Source of the DNA: Mytilus californianus
Taxonomy: Eukaryota
DNA: 64,000 nt
Assembly (NCBI RefSeq): GCF_021869535.1
Contig: NW_026262745.1
Span: forward strand, 18,166,001 to 18,230,000
Direction of reading: 5' to 3'
Shown here piece by piece: positions 38,031 through 50,261 of the stretch (position 1 is the first letter of the stretch; the number at the start of each line of letters is the position of its first letter). Below the pieces are notes generated by a model. The model was not told the origin of the DNA, made no database searches, and was given only the letters and a program-made list of their open reading frames with translations. The translations under genes were made by a program, and so were the position numbers.

Positions 38031-38069
38031 GCATGTAATAATACAAAAAGGACAATATGAATCTCAAAA

Positions 38070-38480
38070 AAGTTTAAATCATCCTTTCGAAAGTTTTACG
38101 TACACCATCACGATTTGGTTGGCCGTTATTGAATATCTGTTTCACAGATAACGACAGACATGCATGTTCCAATTGTCGTAACCACAACCCATTCCTAGAA
38201 TGTGACATACCGAATTAGACTTAATTTTGGATTTGTGCGTACATGCGCAACATGACGGATGACATGTATAGAGCGTGGTATGCTTACCCTACCGGAGCAC
38301 CTGAGATCACCCCCGGTTGTTTTAGCGGGGTTCGTGTTGCTCAGTCGTTAGTTTTCTATGTTGTGTTTTGTATACTGTTGTTTGTCTTTATGTCGTTTTG
38401 CGTTTTTTTTCATGGCATTGTCAGTGAGTTTTCGACTCAAGAGTTTGATTATCCATTTAGTATCGTTCGCCACTCAATGA
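38070..38480 (+). mobile_element. Penelope-like family B 3' fragment, opposite orientation to 37315-38030
   Basis: cgaaagttttacgtacaccatcacgatttggttggccgttattgaatatctgtttcacagat...gagcacctgagatcaccccc is the reverse complement of the family B repeat. Confidence 0.75.
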
Positions 38481-39334
38481 TACAACTGCAGTTGTATTAT
38501 AATTTAATATGTTTTCTTCTGATATTGAGCAGAGGATGTTACCCTTTTAAGTAATGTGTAGTTTTGATTATTTGTAAACGCTAATCATACAGTCAAATGG
38601 ATGTCCCCTTTCAAAGCAGGCGTCACCAATCCGACTGAATAGATCTAGTATTAGTATTCTGTACTCAATTCCATTGATTCTGCAAGTTAGATTCGATATA
38701 TTTACATCTTGTCGAAATCACCATAAGCGTATAAGAAACCAGAAAGCAAAGAGTCTGGACCTACCAGCAAGGAATCAGGACATGTCAAAATTGTAAAATG
38801 CACAAAACGGCTATGTTTTTTTTACAGCATTACTATTTCCTGCGGATTTATGTATAAAATGTTGACTCCAGGAGTATTTTTATTTATTTCTTTTTATTCC
38901 AGATGTTCTAAAATAAGGTGCTTTTGTGTTATGCATACTAAGACAGCATGGAGGGTCACTTTTTAGATCTCTCCTTTGGATCAATAAAAAAACAAAACTA
39001 AAACATCTCAACTATTTCATTGCACCTGTTGTTTAAGAAGACGTCAACAATCATCATTTTTGTTTTTGTTTTCATATTTTCAACTATCACCAACACCGAT
39101 CAGGACCAAATTACCAGCACAAAACATTCTCTCGCAAAACACCCTTACCGTGCTATAGGTCTATTTGCAGGGATTTCCTTCCTACAATAATAGCAATTAA
39201 TATGATAGCACTAATCAAAGAGCTGTGACATGAAATTGACATTGTGGCAAATTTGCGTTGTTACTATACTTATGAAATAAAGACAATAGGAAGGATTTCA
39301 ACAGCAGCATTACAGTCTAATAATTTTCCGCTAC

Positions 39335-40169
39335 AAAATTGAAAACAACACGTATAATAATTTCATGCGTCCGAAGCGCTTTTCTGGATTTACCTTCATC
39401 AGGAACGCTCAAAGCCAAACATTTGAAATCCGAGGATGTATAAGTACCGAAACAGTTGAAGAGCTATATGACAAAAATACCTAAAATAAATAGCCAAATT
39501 CATCTAAAGTCAACTTTGCCTGAGGGAGTTGAAACCTTAGTTTCTTAATAATTTAAAAATTTAAAAACGGACAATTTTAGAAAAGTTTGTTAAATCATGT
39601 TAGTACCGAAGTACTGACAACTGAGCTGATGATACCCTCGGGACTGAATCCGACTGATAGTCCACCAGCAGAGGTATCGACCCTGTGATGTAAAAAATTG
39701 AAAACAACACGTATAATAATTTCATGCGTCCGAAGCGCTTTTTGGATTTACCTTCATCATGAACTCTCAAAGCCAAACATTTGAAATCCGAGGATGTATA
39801 AGTACCGAAACAGTTGAAGAGCTATATGACAAAAATACCTAAAATAAATAGCCAAATTCATCTAAAGTCAACTTTGCCTGAGGGAGATGAAATCTTAGTT
39901 TCTTAATAATTTAAAAATTTAAAAACGGACAATTTTAGAAAAGTTTGTTAAATCATGTTAGTACCGAAGTACTGACTACTGAGTTGATGATACCCTCGGG
40001 GACTGATAGTCCACCAGCAGAGGTATCGACTCAGTGATGTAAAAAATTGAAAACAACACGTATAATAATTTCATGCGTCCGATGCGCTTTTCTGGATTTA
40101 CCTTCATCAGGAACGCTCAAAGCCAAACATTTGAAATCCGAGGATGTATAAGTACCGAAACAGTTGAAG
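39335..40169 (-). mobile_element. Non-LTR retrozyme array, ~2.4 tandem units of 349-359 nt
   Basis: Near-identical units with one hammerhead each. Cleavage-site C positions at plus-strand 39373, 39732 and 40081. Confidence 0.85.
39367..39408 (-). ncRNA. Type I hammerhead ribozyme (intact core copy)
   Basis: Minus strand GCGUUC-CUGAUGA-AGGUAAAUCCA-GAAA-AGCGCU-UC-GGACGC. Helix I is GCGUUC/GGACGC; helix III is the palindrome AAGCGCUU; the triplet is UUC. Helix II is short (GG/CC). Confidence 0.78.
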
Positions 40170-41094
40170 TACAAAATATGTATCAAAAAGAATAAGTTTA
40201 TATGAAAGCTATATAATCCAATTTCATAATCAGATGCGGATTTTAAAAATGTTGGGGCACGTGGACCCGAAACTAGGCAACATTTGGAGTGGAACATGTA
40301 TAAGTCTATGACTCCTGCCACCCCCCCCCCCCTCCCCCCCCCTCTAAATTTGCCTCTGATAATCCAAATTCTCGCAATTTTACAAATACTGTAGTTATAA
40401 CTGGATCAATATGTTGACCTTCAGAGACACTACGACATGTATAAATAATAAACGATAAAGAGCGTCCCATGATGTACATTTTAACAATGAGCCTAAAGCA
40501 AAAGATGGGTTGTAGGTTTATATAACTGTCAATTTACTTTAGTAATTCTAGCCTTTAGATAATATCGACAAAAGTGAAAAGTAATTCATACTCTTAATAT
40601 GGCTTTTAGTTTTGTAAGTTCTCATTAATAGTAAATATCATTAAGTTGTTTGTCATTTAATAGACACCGAAACCGTGATTTAGTTGTTATGATGTTGATT
40701 GTGTGTGTAAATGCCGATCATTTACAAATGTATGTGATACAAATTCATTTTATATAATTACTCGAAAAGTTTAATGCAACCATCATGAACTAAATATATA
40801 CATGTGTGTTTATAATTTATACTTAGTAGTAAGGACGAATAACATTTCTCCTCTTTTCTGATCAGAAACCTTACATGCGAAACAAAAGAGAATCGCCGTC
40901 TATTTGTACGAAATATGTATTTTTCACTCCAAACCATTATTACATTGTTTGACCTATTATTTCTTACACAGTTATCATATTCAACATTGATATTGTCGTC
41001 ATTGTCATACTTCGCAACAAAAACTTGAGAACATCGTCTTCTGTTTGGATGCATGGACTTGCTGAATGCTTTAACAGCATTTTACTCTTATAGA

Positions 41095-41245
41095 TTATAT
41101 TGATTGATTTTTTGTGTTTTACCCCCTTTTCAGAACTACTGGCTATATCGGGGCGGCCAGTGTTTACTGGTGGAGGAAGCCGGAGTGTCTGGAGAGAACC
41201 ACCGACCTTCGGCAGGAAAATTGGCAATCCTTGTCAGATTGAAGT
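41095..41245 (-). mobile_element. SINE fragment inserted in the GPCR pseudogene
   Basis: Reverse complement carries gtggttctctccagacactccggcttcctccacc (central motif of V-type/related SINEs) and an aatcaatcaa tail. Confidence 0.55.
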
Positions 41246-43038
41246 CGAACCACTTGATAAGTACCTTTTTTGTTTAAGTTTTACATCAGACGAGGAGAAT
41301 TGTTATCAAAACTTTTAAAACTCTTAATTCTCCAATATGTAATTTTACTAGTCGAAGTATTTCATTTGTCAGTCGTTTTTAATGACAACAGCTCTAGAAA
41401 TTGAGAAGTTCGTAGTTATTAAAATACCAATTTGGAGCTACATCATGATAAAAACGAGAGAATGTTAGTATTAATTATTATATTTTTGCCGTAGCTGTCG
41501 GATTGCATATTCTTTGATTTCTTGTAGCAGATTTCAGAAGGGGATCTGGAAAGTCCGACACAAATAAATGTGAAATAGCGGCTAAATCAGCATCGTTTTT
41601 GAATTACAATTTTATATATTATTCTTCATTAACAGCAGTGTTATTAGACGTGTTAGATAAATGATTACTTTTGACAAACAACAAACGAGAGTCGAGAGAC
41701 GATAAAAATTTTAAAGGGGTTGTCTAAAATGACGTTTCGATTTTTTCTATCGTTAACATAATGCATTATATAAAGTCAAATGAAGCATGATAAAGTAAAG
41801 ATTTCATTATTTTCAGTCAATTAAATTGTACCCTCTTTCTACCAAACTAGCGCAAAGTTTAACACTCTGATTTAATTAACATTAAAATCTGCGAATAGCA
41901 TGTTTGACATTAAATCGTAATTATTGGGTAACAATTAGCATATATTTCATCCGCTTATATAAAAAGGTTCTTAATGAAATCAAGTTGAAGTCCGTGTCCT
42001 ATTTCTGGCATCGTGTTGAATTGTTGTGCATCATTTTGGTTGCCTAGGAAACCGCTGCGTACAATTCGTATGCAGTTTTGGTTGTCAATCAAAACCTGTT
42101 TTGTATCGATCTGATGAGTTAAGCCATTTTCAACGGATTTGTATAGTTTGTTCTTATGTTGTGTTGTTACATCACTGTTCCAGGTTAGGGGAGGGTTGAG
42201 CTCTCACAAACATATATAACCCCGCAACATTCTTTATGTGCCTGTCCCAAGTCTAGAGTCAGTAGTTCAGTGGTTGTCGTTGGTTCATGTCTGTCATATT
42301 TGTTTTTCGTTTATTGTTTTGTTATAAATTAGGCCGTTAGTTTTCTCAATTGAATAGCTTCATACTTTTCATGTCGGGGCCTTTTATAGACGACTATACG
42401 GTATGGGTTTTTCTCATCGTTGTAGGCCGTACGGTTGCCTATAATTGCTTAAATTCACTTTAATTGACAATCATATCTCATCTCTCTATTTTTATACTGG
42501 GTGTGAATAGAGTCCATATGTCTGTGTACGGAATAAAACTGTTCCTGTGGCTCATTTTGCGGGCGATACATTGTATAAGATGTACCGTCCTTTGTCACCA
42601 CTACCTTGCAAGGACAACCACTCGTTATGTGACCGCCAATCCAATGGAGAAAATATCTCCCACAACAACGGTACTACACCGTCAATTGTATGTGTCATAG
42701 TGAATGAAGAAACATCAAACAACAAAGACAAAATCGAATAACACGAATAAAATTAAGTTCTTAGCCACAAAATTACCATCAAAAGGCAATTTCTGGGAGA
42801 CCAGTTGCATATGACTGATTCATAAGTAGGCAAGTTCCAAATTTTTTAAAGACTTAATCTGATTCTGATTCTTATTAAAATAAACAGAATATCCTAGTAT
42901 ATGAGTCATTTATTTTTGTTAATATATCGCTATGTCATAAAAAAAACTATAAATATAATACAAACGTTCTAATTCATAACATATAGATTGACTCTGTTGT
43001 CTGAACTGCAAAACATCATTTTCGAGTGAGGTAGCATT

Positions 43039-43153
43039 GGCGGATCCAGGGGCGTGTTCCGGGGGTTGGAGCTACCCCTTGTCATCCGAATTTGTTTTTA
43101 ATTATGTGAATGTTGGACCCCCCCCCCCCTTTTCACAATGACTTGATCCGCGC
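43039..43153. mobile_element. Short MITE (ggcggatcca ... tgatccgc)
   Basis: Inverted ends with G/C-run interior. Confidence 0.5.
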
Positions 43154-44259
43154 TTGTGTAGCAATGTTAAAAAAATATTATTGTACCGAGAAATCAATTA
43201 TTAGTTCTACTCTTTTTAGATGGTCCCTAATTTAAATGTCTCAATTATAGATCTTTTGGCCACAATAGTTATTTATCATATTTATTGTAGCATCGGTGCT
43301 TATGCTATTTGCGTCTATTTTCATTATTTGTTATATCTGTTACGTGGGACTGAGAAATATTCTAAGCAGCGAGAGCGAAAAATATAAAATCTACAATATA
43401 TCAGAAGGAGATCGTCGAAGTTAACTGCTGTTGAAACCGTGACGTTTCTCGTATTTAGTTACTGAGAATTTGCATGTTTTGAATAATGCAGCTTTATAAC
43501 AAGGCTGTTCATATTAAAACTTTATAATATTTGTCATAATGATTGAGTAAGAATAGTATATATTGTCAAACACCATATACAAATGTGTCATTGAATACGT
43601 GTTTATACAAACAAATACATTTTGAGAGTAAAGTATTTTCTCGCAATAATTGTATATTATCCTTTTTAAAATAACATTGTTGAAGTGTCGACTTCAAAAT
43701 TTACGGCCTAAAATGCACTATCTCCAATAATTCTGTTTTTACATTACACATATACGTAAGACATGATTTTGATTGATATTTATAACATATTGTTTTATGT
43801 TTTCCATTGTATTAATTCTTTAAAATCTGTCAAATCCGAATTGTCTGAATTTATCAATTTTAACAAATTAATAAATCTGGTACCTTTGATGAGTTTTTAT
43901 AATTAAAAGACCTTTTGTACATTAACATTTGTCGAATGGAGCATGCACTGCATACCCTTCCGAATCACTGGGTGTTAATTCCTACCTTTTGCTATAAAGG
44001 GTTCTTGTTGCTTTTGCTTCAGTTTTGTTGTTGTTGTATTTGGTGCTATTTTTATTTCCAATGTCTGTAGTGTGTACCTGTTGGGAACTGCTATACATGT
44101 AAACCACCATGACCATCCCGGAGCGCCTGCATTTACCCCATTTTTAAAGGGGTTCATGTTGCCTAATTTGCAGTTTTCTGTGAAGTAATTTATAATAGTT
44201 GTTTTTCTTTTCTTCTTGTTTTACAATTGTGTTATTTTTTCAATTTTTAACACCCACAA

Positions 44260-47200
44260 TATAAAAAAAGAAGATGTGGTATGATTGCCAATGAGACAAC
44301 TCTCCACAAGAGACCAAATGACACAGAAATTAACAGCTTTCAACAACGAGCAAAGCCCATACCGCATAGTCAGCTATAAAAGGCCCTGAAATCACAAATG
44401 TAAAACAATTCAAACGAGAAAACTAACGGCCTAATAAATGTACACAAAAATGAACGAAAACCAAATATGTAACACAGCAACAAACGACAACCACTGAATT
44501 ACAGGCTCCTGACTTGGGACAGGCATATACATACAGAATGTGGCGGGGTTAAACATGTTAGCGGGATCCCAACCCTCCCCCTAATATGGGACAGTGGTGT
44601 AACAGTACAACATAAGAACGAACTATAACAATCAGTTGAAAAAGGCTTAACTCATCAGATGAATACATATAGAACTACATATAACAAAAACACAGAGTGG
44701 AAGTGGCCGGGTACTTGTACATCCCAACAACAAAAGACGCTAAATACAGATCTGAGAGTACTCGCAGTTACTGACAGCTAGTTCAAAGCCAATAACAACT
44801 AATTAAAAAAATCATGCATCTAAGACTAAATTATCTATCAGTACACATCCAACATCCAATGGATTTAGTGTAAAGACGTCATAAACAGTCAGAGAAAAAC
44901 ATGACCTTGTGCAATGCCAAGATACAGAAATCGACAGACTGTAGATCCATGAAGGTGCATATGTATATAACAATAATATTTAGTTTGTTTTTAATTTACT
45001 GATAACAAAATCAATATTAATACAATAAAAACAATATTCAAAAATCTAATGACAGTGTTGAATTGGTAACCTTTTAGAATAAGTTTATTTAAAGAATCGA
45101 TAAGTTTACTAGGATCGTTTCTAAATTTCCGGGCACGGTCAACAACATCTCCGTAAAAATGAGGATGTGCTATCCCGTTTGAAATAAGTTTTCTACAGGT
45201 ACAATCAAACTTCGAAACCAAATCATTATATCTATGGATGAATTTAGTAAAAGTTTTAAGTAATTTGTGGTAACAAAATCCCTGACTTAATAATTTACCA
45301 GTAATACATAGATTACGTTCGTTAAAATCTAAAACGTCACAGCAGACACGGGCATAGCGAACGAGTTGTGAGATATAAACACCGTAAGATGGTGCCAAAG
45401 GAACATCACCATCCAAAAAAGGAAAATTAACAATAGGGAACGAAAAATCGTCCCTTTTGTCGTAAATTTTAGTGTGGAGTTTCCCGTGTAAAACTGAAAT
45501 ATATAAATCTAGGAAAGGACAGTTATTAGCGTTTACATTTGATTTATTTAAAGTTTGTTCCTTTAGGTAAAATTCGGCAGTATATTTAGAAAATTCTTGA
45601 TTATTTAACGAAAATATATCATCAAGATAACGGTAAGTGTTGTTGAATTTATTGATTAAATGCAATTTAGACGGGTCTTTACTGCGTTTGGTCATAAGCT
45701 GTGATTCATAACAGTACAAAAACAAGTCTGCTATTGAAGGGACACAATTAGTGCCCATAGGAATACCTAGAATCTGTCGATAAACTTTGTTGCCGAAACG
45801 TACATAAATATTATCAAGGAGAACATTAACAGCTTCAATCATCTCATCACACTTCCAGTAAGTATATCTAGCATATTTACCTTTCTCATAAGGGAGGAAG
45901 GCTTTAAATGAGTTGTAGCAAATATATTTGCATTCAGATTTACCAAACGACCATTTAATTAAATAGGAAAACTTTTGTTTGATAAGATTGTGTGGAAGTG
46001 TAGTGTATAGAGTTGAAAAGTCAAAACCGTCAACATAATCAAAAGGACCATCAAAAGCACGTAATTCATCTAAAACATCCAAAGAATTTTTTACACTCCA
46101 AAATTGTAAATTCCACTATTTTCATATATTTTATTTCAAACGTTTATGACAAGTTCTTTTATAGAATTTAAGGAACTAGTTAAAAGCACTGAAAGATGAG
46201 TTGTAGAACACTTACTAGAGGCCGAAATGAAACGATATTTTACTGGTTTTTTGTGTAGTTTAGGTAACCAATACATAGTAGGGACCTTCAAATGTTCAGA
46301 AGAGGCCTTAAGCTGTGATGTGGTTATGATATGTTTGTTAACTATATGCCTATCTGTGAAGCGGACGGACTTGAATGTAGATGAATTTAAAGTTTCATTC
46401 TTAAGAACGTCCGTGTAGTATTTACGGCATACCACCACCACATTGTTGGCTGCTTTGTCGGCCGGTACAAACACAAACCGCTTTGAAAGTTCTTGAAGTT
46501 TATTTCTTATTCTGGAAATAGGCATATTGTGTACTCTTTTATTTATTTCTGAATTATTTTCAAAATGTGATATTCGAATATCCACAACATTCATACATTT
46601 ATTTAAATAAGAGTCAAGAGTTTTTATCAGATTTTTCCCGTTTACACCAATTTTTACAAAACGAGGAAAGAGCGTCTTTTGTGACCTGACCACACTGTTT
46701 CCAATCTATTTTAGATGGAGGACGATATTTTGGTCCTTTTTTCAACCTCTCTGTCTTGGACGATAAGGTATATATATGAGGTCCCCCGTAATAACATGGC
46801 AATAGGGATCATATCTAAACTTCGACGATTCACAGTTTCAAGTTAAAGGAGTATTATTTTCTTCATTGACGTCTGATGTTACTGACGTATAATTACAAAT
46901 TAAACTTCTGCTGGTTTTTTTGAATGTGTACGAAATAAAAGGTGGTTCTGTGTTATCAAAATAGGGAGGTACAAAATATATACAGTTTTGAATGGTAGGG
47001 TCATTAAATATACTCGATAAGTTGATTAAATCAATATCTCTGTTAATATATTTAATTTTCAGAAAGTGCCGTTTATGATCTTCAGGTTTATCGATACGCG
47101 AAAACAGCCTATGGTGGCAAAATGCTGTAATTATACGCGAATATTCATACAGTGGTCTGAAGAAGAATATTGTGTCACACTCCTTGAAAATATCATGTAA

Positions 47201-47340
47201 TTTACTAATAGTTCTTTATTGCACTCCTTGATGTTTACCAAATTTAATGCTTAATGTACAACATTCTATCAAGTAGAGTAAGTAATCCATATTCGCCGCA
47301 TAATTCGTACATTCCCACTTACATCCGACCTACATTCGAA
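44260..47340 (-). mobile_element. Penelope-like retroelement (Naiad-type), 5'-truncated and frameshifted, with putative selenocysteine codons
   Basis: KGPKYR, FVFVPADKAANN, YWLPKLHK, DFSTLYTTLPH, GIPMGTNC, YRYLDD, FLDL, YDKRDDFSFPIVNFP. No C-terminal GIY-YIG after the thumb. In-frame TGA at 46838-40 and 46136-38. Confidence 0.88.
44819..44893 (-). ncRNA. Putative type 2 SECIS element in the retroelement 3' UTR
   Basis: Minus strand UCUGACU-guuu-AUGAC-GUC-UU-UACAC-U-AAA-UCCA-uuggaugu-UGGA-U-GUGUA-CU-GAU-AGAU-aauuu-AGUC-uu-AGA. It shows AUGA-N12-AAA, a UGAC/AGAU quartet, helices I and II, and an apical mini-stem. Confidence 0.72.
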
Positions 47341-49064
47341 TATTTGGAACTTTTTATGTAGGTTTCAGAAATTTAACTATATGAAAAAAATGTTTGATAA
47401 AGGAATCATTTTCAAAACATTGGTTAAATGTTCTAAAAACAAACGCAATTCAAGAGGAAATCAAGTTGTTCTTGTACCATGGGGGACACATTTTCGCCGC
47501 AATGTATGATATGACCATCCTCATTATCCTGGTATATTATTAAAACGAATGTTTGCAATAACATAAATTAGCTTGAGAGATCATTACTTTACGATTTTTC
47601 TCACAAATATTTGTGTTAAGACTGCGCATGATTGCCATATAAATCTTACATAATTGCCAAAATTGTTTACTAACACCTGCGTATTTCTTTATATGTGCGA
47701 ATAACCTTGGAAATGGGGTAAAGAGGAATATCAACAGTTCAAACATTACAAACAGCCTTTACCATCTTTTTAGGCAAGTATTGGGTAAACATGGTAAAGG
47801 CACAAACATTTCACAGAAGAAATAGCAAAACGGCGAAAATGTGTCCAAGGCGAATATGCGCCACCCACTCTAGCCTTGTTACATTTATACTGAATGTCCA
47901 GGGAGAATATTCAGTTAAACATATCTCATTCTATACATAGTCATTCTAATACAGTTAACTGTTCTATTTTTTTAAAACTGTAATTGCTATGTAATCACAA
48001 TTCCATTATATACAAGTATATATGTAAAAATACTACAAACACTATGTCGCAAAATTAAAGGAAAATATTATTCTTTTACAAGTACTACCCGGCTGACGAG
48101 TGATTTCTATTCTGTTAACATGGTTAAAAATAAATCCTGACAGTTTTAAATAATGATAGAAAATTTAGATAATTCAATCATCAAATAATCATTCATCATC
48201 TCAATTGTAATCATTTTTGCTTATTATTCCTCAAAACAACACAAAATTCAAAAACAAAATTAACTATCTTCATTCAATATTCTTAACGGAGATTTACTTG
48301 TAAACAAATTTTAGTTATCTACCCTTTCTTACCAAGATCTAAAACAGGGAAGTAAAATCCTTGTCACAAAAACGAAAGCAGGTGCTGATTTGTGTTCCAG
48401 AAATGTAGAGAAGGTAACATATTTGTAGTATTTATATTTGGATTAAAATTTTTATATTAAGTTTCCTAAACAAAATTTGAAATTAGTTTCTTATTCTAAT
48501 AGTATTGTTACTGAACTCGTTTGTTGATAGTTGTTAAGCATGCGTAGCCAAGACAATGTTCTAGTATGTTTAAAGATCTTTTAATAAATTTATTTGTAAA
48601 ACAAATATGTGAATGTTAATAAAATACCTAAATTTTAAGATAAGAATGTTCATTTGAATTAATTCAATATATAGTATAGGCACGATAGATAATCAATGTT
48701 ACCCACATGATCAACTAGGGAAAGATAAAAAAAAATACATTTTACACATACACTTTTATTAAATGGAGGTATTAGACCCGAAATTCGTTTGAAAAGCTGA
48801 TTTTTCTAATGGCAAAAATCCCAGGATTTCCTTAATCAGCAGAATGCGTGAAATTGATCATAAGCATGAATTCGAAGTTTCACAAAAGTTCATATTTCCA
48901 AGAACAAGTAGTGAATCATCACAACAAATTTTAATGATTCATTTAAATTACCTTGACGGGTATTCAACACTTAGAAAGTAGCAGTTTTATTGTCAGATGC
49001 TAACTATTATACTTCTAAGAGTTGTTATTTTCTGTTTCATCAAAATGCATACTATTATATATAT

Positions 49065-49423
49065 GGTTGGGCAGCTTGTTTCAAACTCAAGAGTGACTGG
49101 CATATAGAAACCTTCCCAAAGGGACGTCCGTTTGGCTGAACAGGATGTATAAAAATGCATGGCCCAACGGAATATGGATGTTAAATTCGATGCCTCGTGT
49201 AGAAATTACCACACCCTTTGCACCTTGAAACAACTATCTGAGGGGTCTGTTGGTTGTCTGTTGCAATACATTTCTGCCCCCATCTAACAAACCATTATTT
49301 TCCTGTTGGAGTTCAAATATATTTTCCTCCCAATCTTGCAGAATCTACCATTTGTATTAATTGTTAATTTGGTATCATCATTAACATGCATGAAATATAA
49401 GCCATTGTACGTTAAGCAAACAG

Positions 49424-49459
<36 letters not shown>

Positions 49460-49470
49460 TAATCAATCAT
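49065..49470 (+). mobile_element. SINE-like repeat with (AATC)n tail
   Basis: Homologous to 11455-11840; ends in ~9 AATC units. Confidence 0.6.
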
Positions 49471-49584
49471 TCAGAATGTTTCATTCATTACGTGTAGTTC
49501 GAAATTCTTTCATGCGTTTTTTCAGACTATCATATGGAACGCCACAGCTGTCTTATGTGGTACTCTGATATTACGTTATATTGT

Positions 49585-49991
49585 TTTATCCTGCAATCAG
49601 CCAACTATTGTACAAATAATAGGTACACAAATAAATTTTTGCTTTGTACTTGTACAAATAAAGTCTCCTGTTACCCCTCTTCCATGTTGAGCAAGCGGTA
49701 ATGTGGATATTTCTTTTTGCGTACCAGTTCATTTTGGGGTCCTCTTCGCGGTCCGCGTTTAAACTATGTCGATTTCTTTGAAATATTAGAGACAATGATT
49801 TAGATTTTAACAACTAAAGTTTTTAAGTGTTGGGTGTAAATTTCAGGATAAAAACAATATATGTACATTGTCGCAAAATATAAAATTTATTTGTACTCGC
49901 TGCGAAACAGGAGAAAAGCTCGGCGAGCCTCGCTTTTCGTCCTGTTTCTAAAGCTCATACAAATAAATTTTATATTTTCCGACAATGTACA
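49585..49991. mobile_element. Crypton-like hairpin element inserted in the left TIR
   Basis: Flanked by tatattgt direct repeats (49577-84, 49992-99). Long hairpin atgtacattgtcg...gaaacagga...tcctgtttc...cgacaatgtacat (~49857-49996). Confidence 0.6.
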
Positions 49992-50261
49992 TATATTGTA
50001 TATTTATTATTACTTGACGATTTTTTGTCTTTACATAATATTGTTTTGACATTACGTAATGATGTTTTGATATAACTCAATATGGAATAGTCATTACTTA
50101 ATGATATTTCGATTTTACGTGATATGGTTTCGTATTGACTTGATATGGTTTTTCATTACTTAATATGGTTTTGTCATAACTCGATGTGATTTCATCATTA
50201 TTTAATGTGGTTGTGTCATTAGACAATGTGGTTTTAACATTACTTGATGTGTATGTTGCTT

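Larger units (their letters stand above)
40875..43551 (+). pseudogene. Decayed paralogue of the 27979-29097 GPCR, split by repeat insertions
   Basis: atgcgaaacaaaagagaatcgccg vs atgcgatacaaaagagaatcgccg. Colinear matches to ~41645 and again 43265-43551 (agaaggagatcgtcgaagttaa), with frameshifts and deletions. Confidence 0.85.

Noticed and set aside
38270-38340. tRNA or Pol III-like gene (ggttcgtg motif)
   Set aside because: No cloverleaf; it is part of the Penelope family B 3' UTR repeat.
42105-42135. ctgatgag as a hammerhead core in the Naiad 3' tail (also ~44650-44660, minus strand)
   Set aside because: No correctly placed GAAA or closing helices could be found by eye.
47340-48500. N-terminal GIY-YIG endonuclease of the Penelope-like element
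   Set aside because: No GIY/YIG or related motif is readable upstream; the element appears 5'-truncated near 47340.
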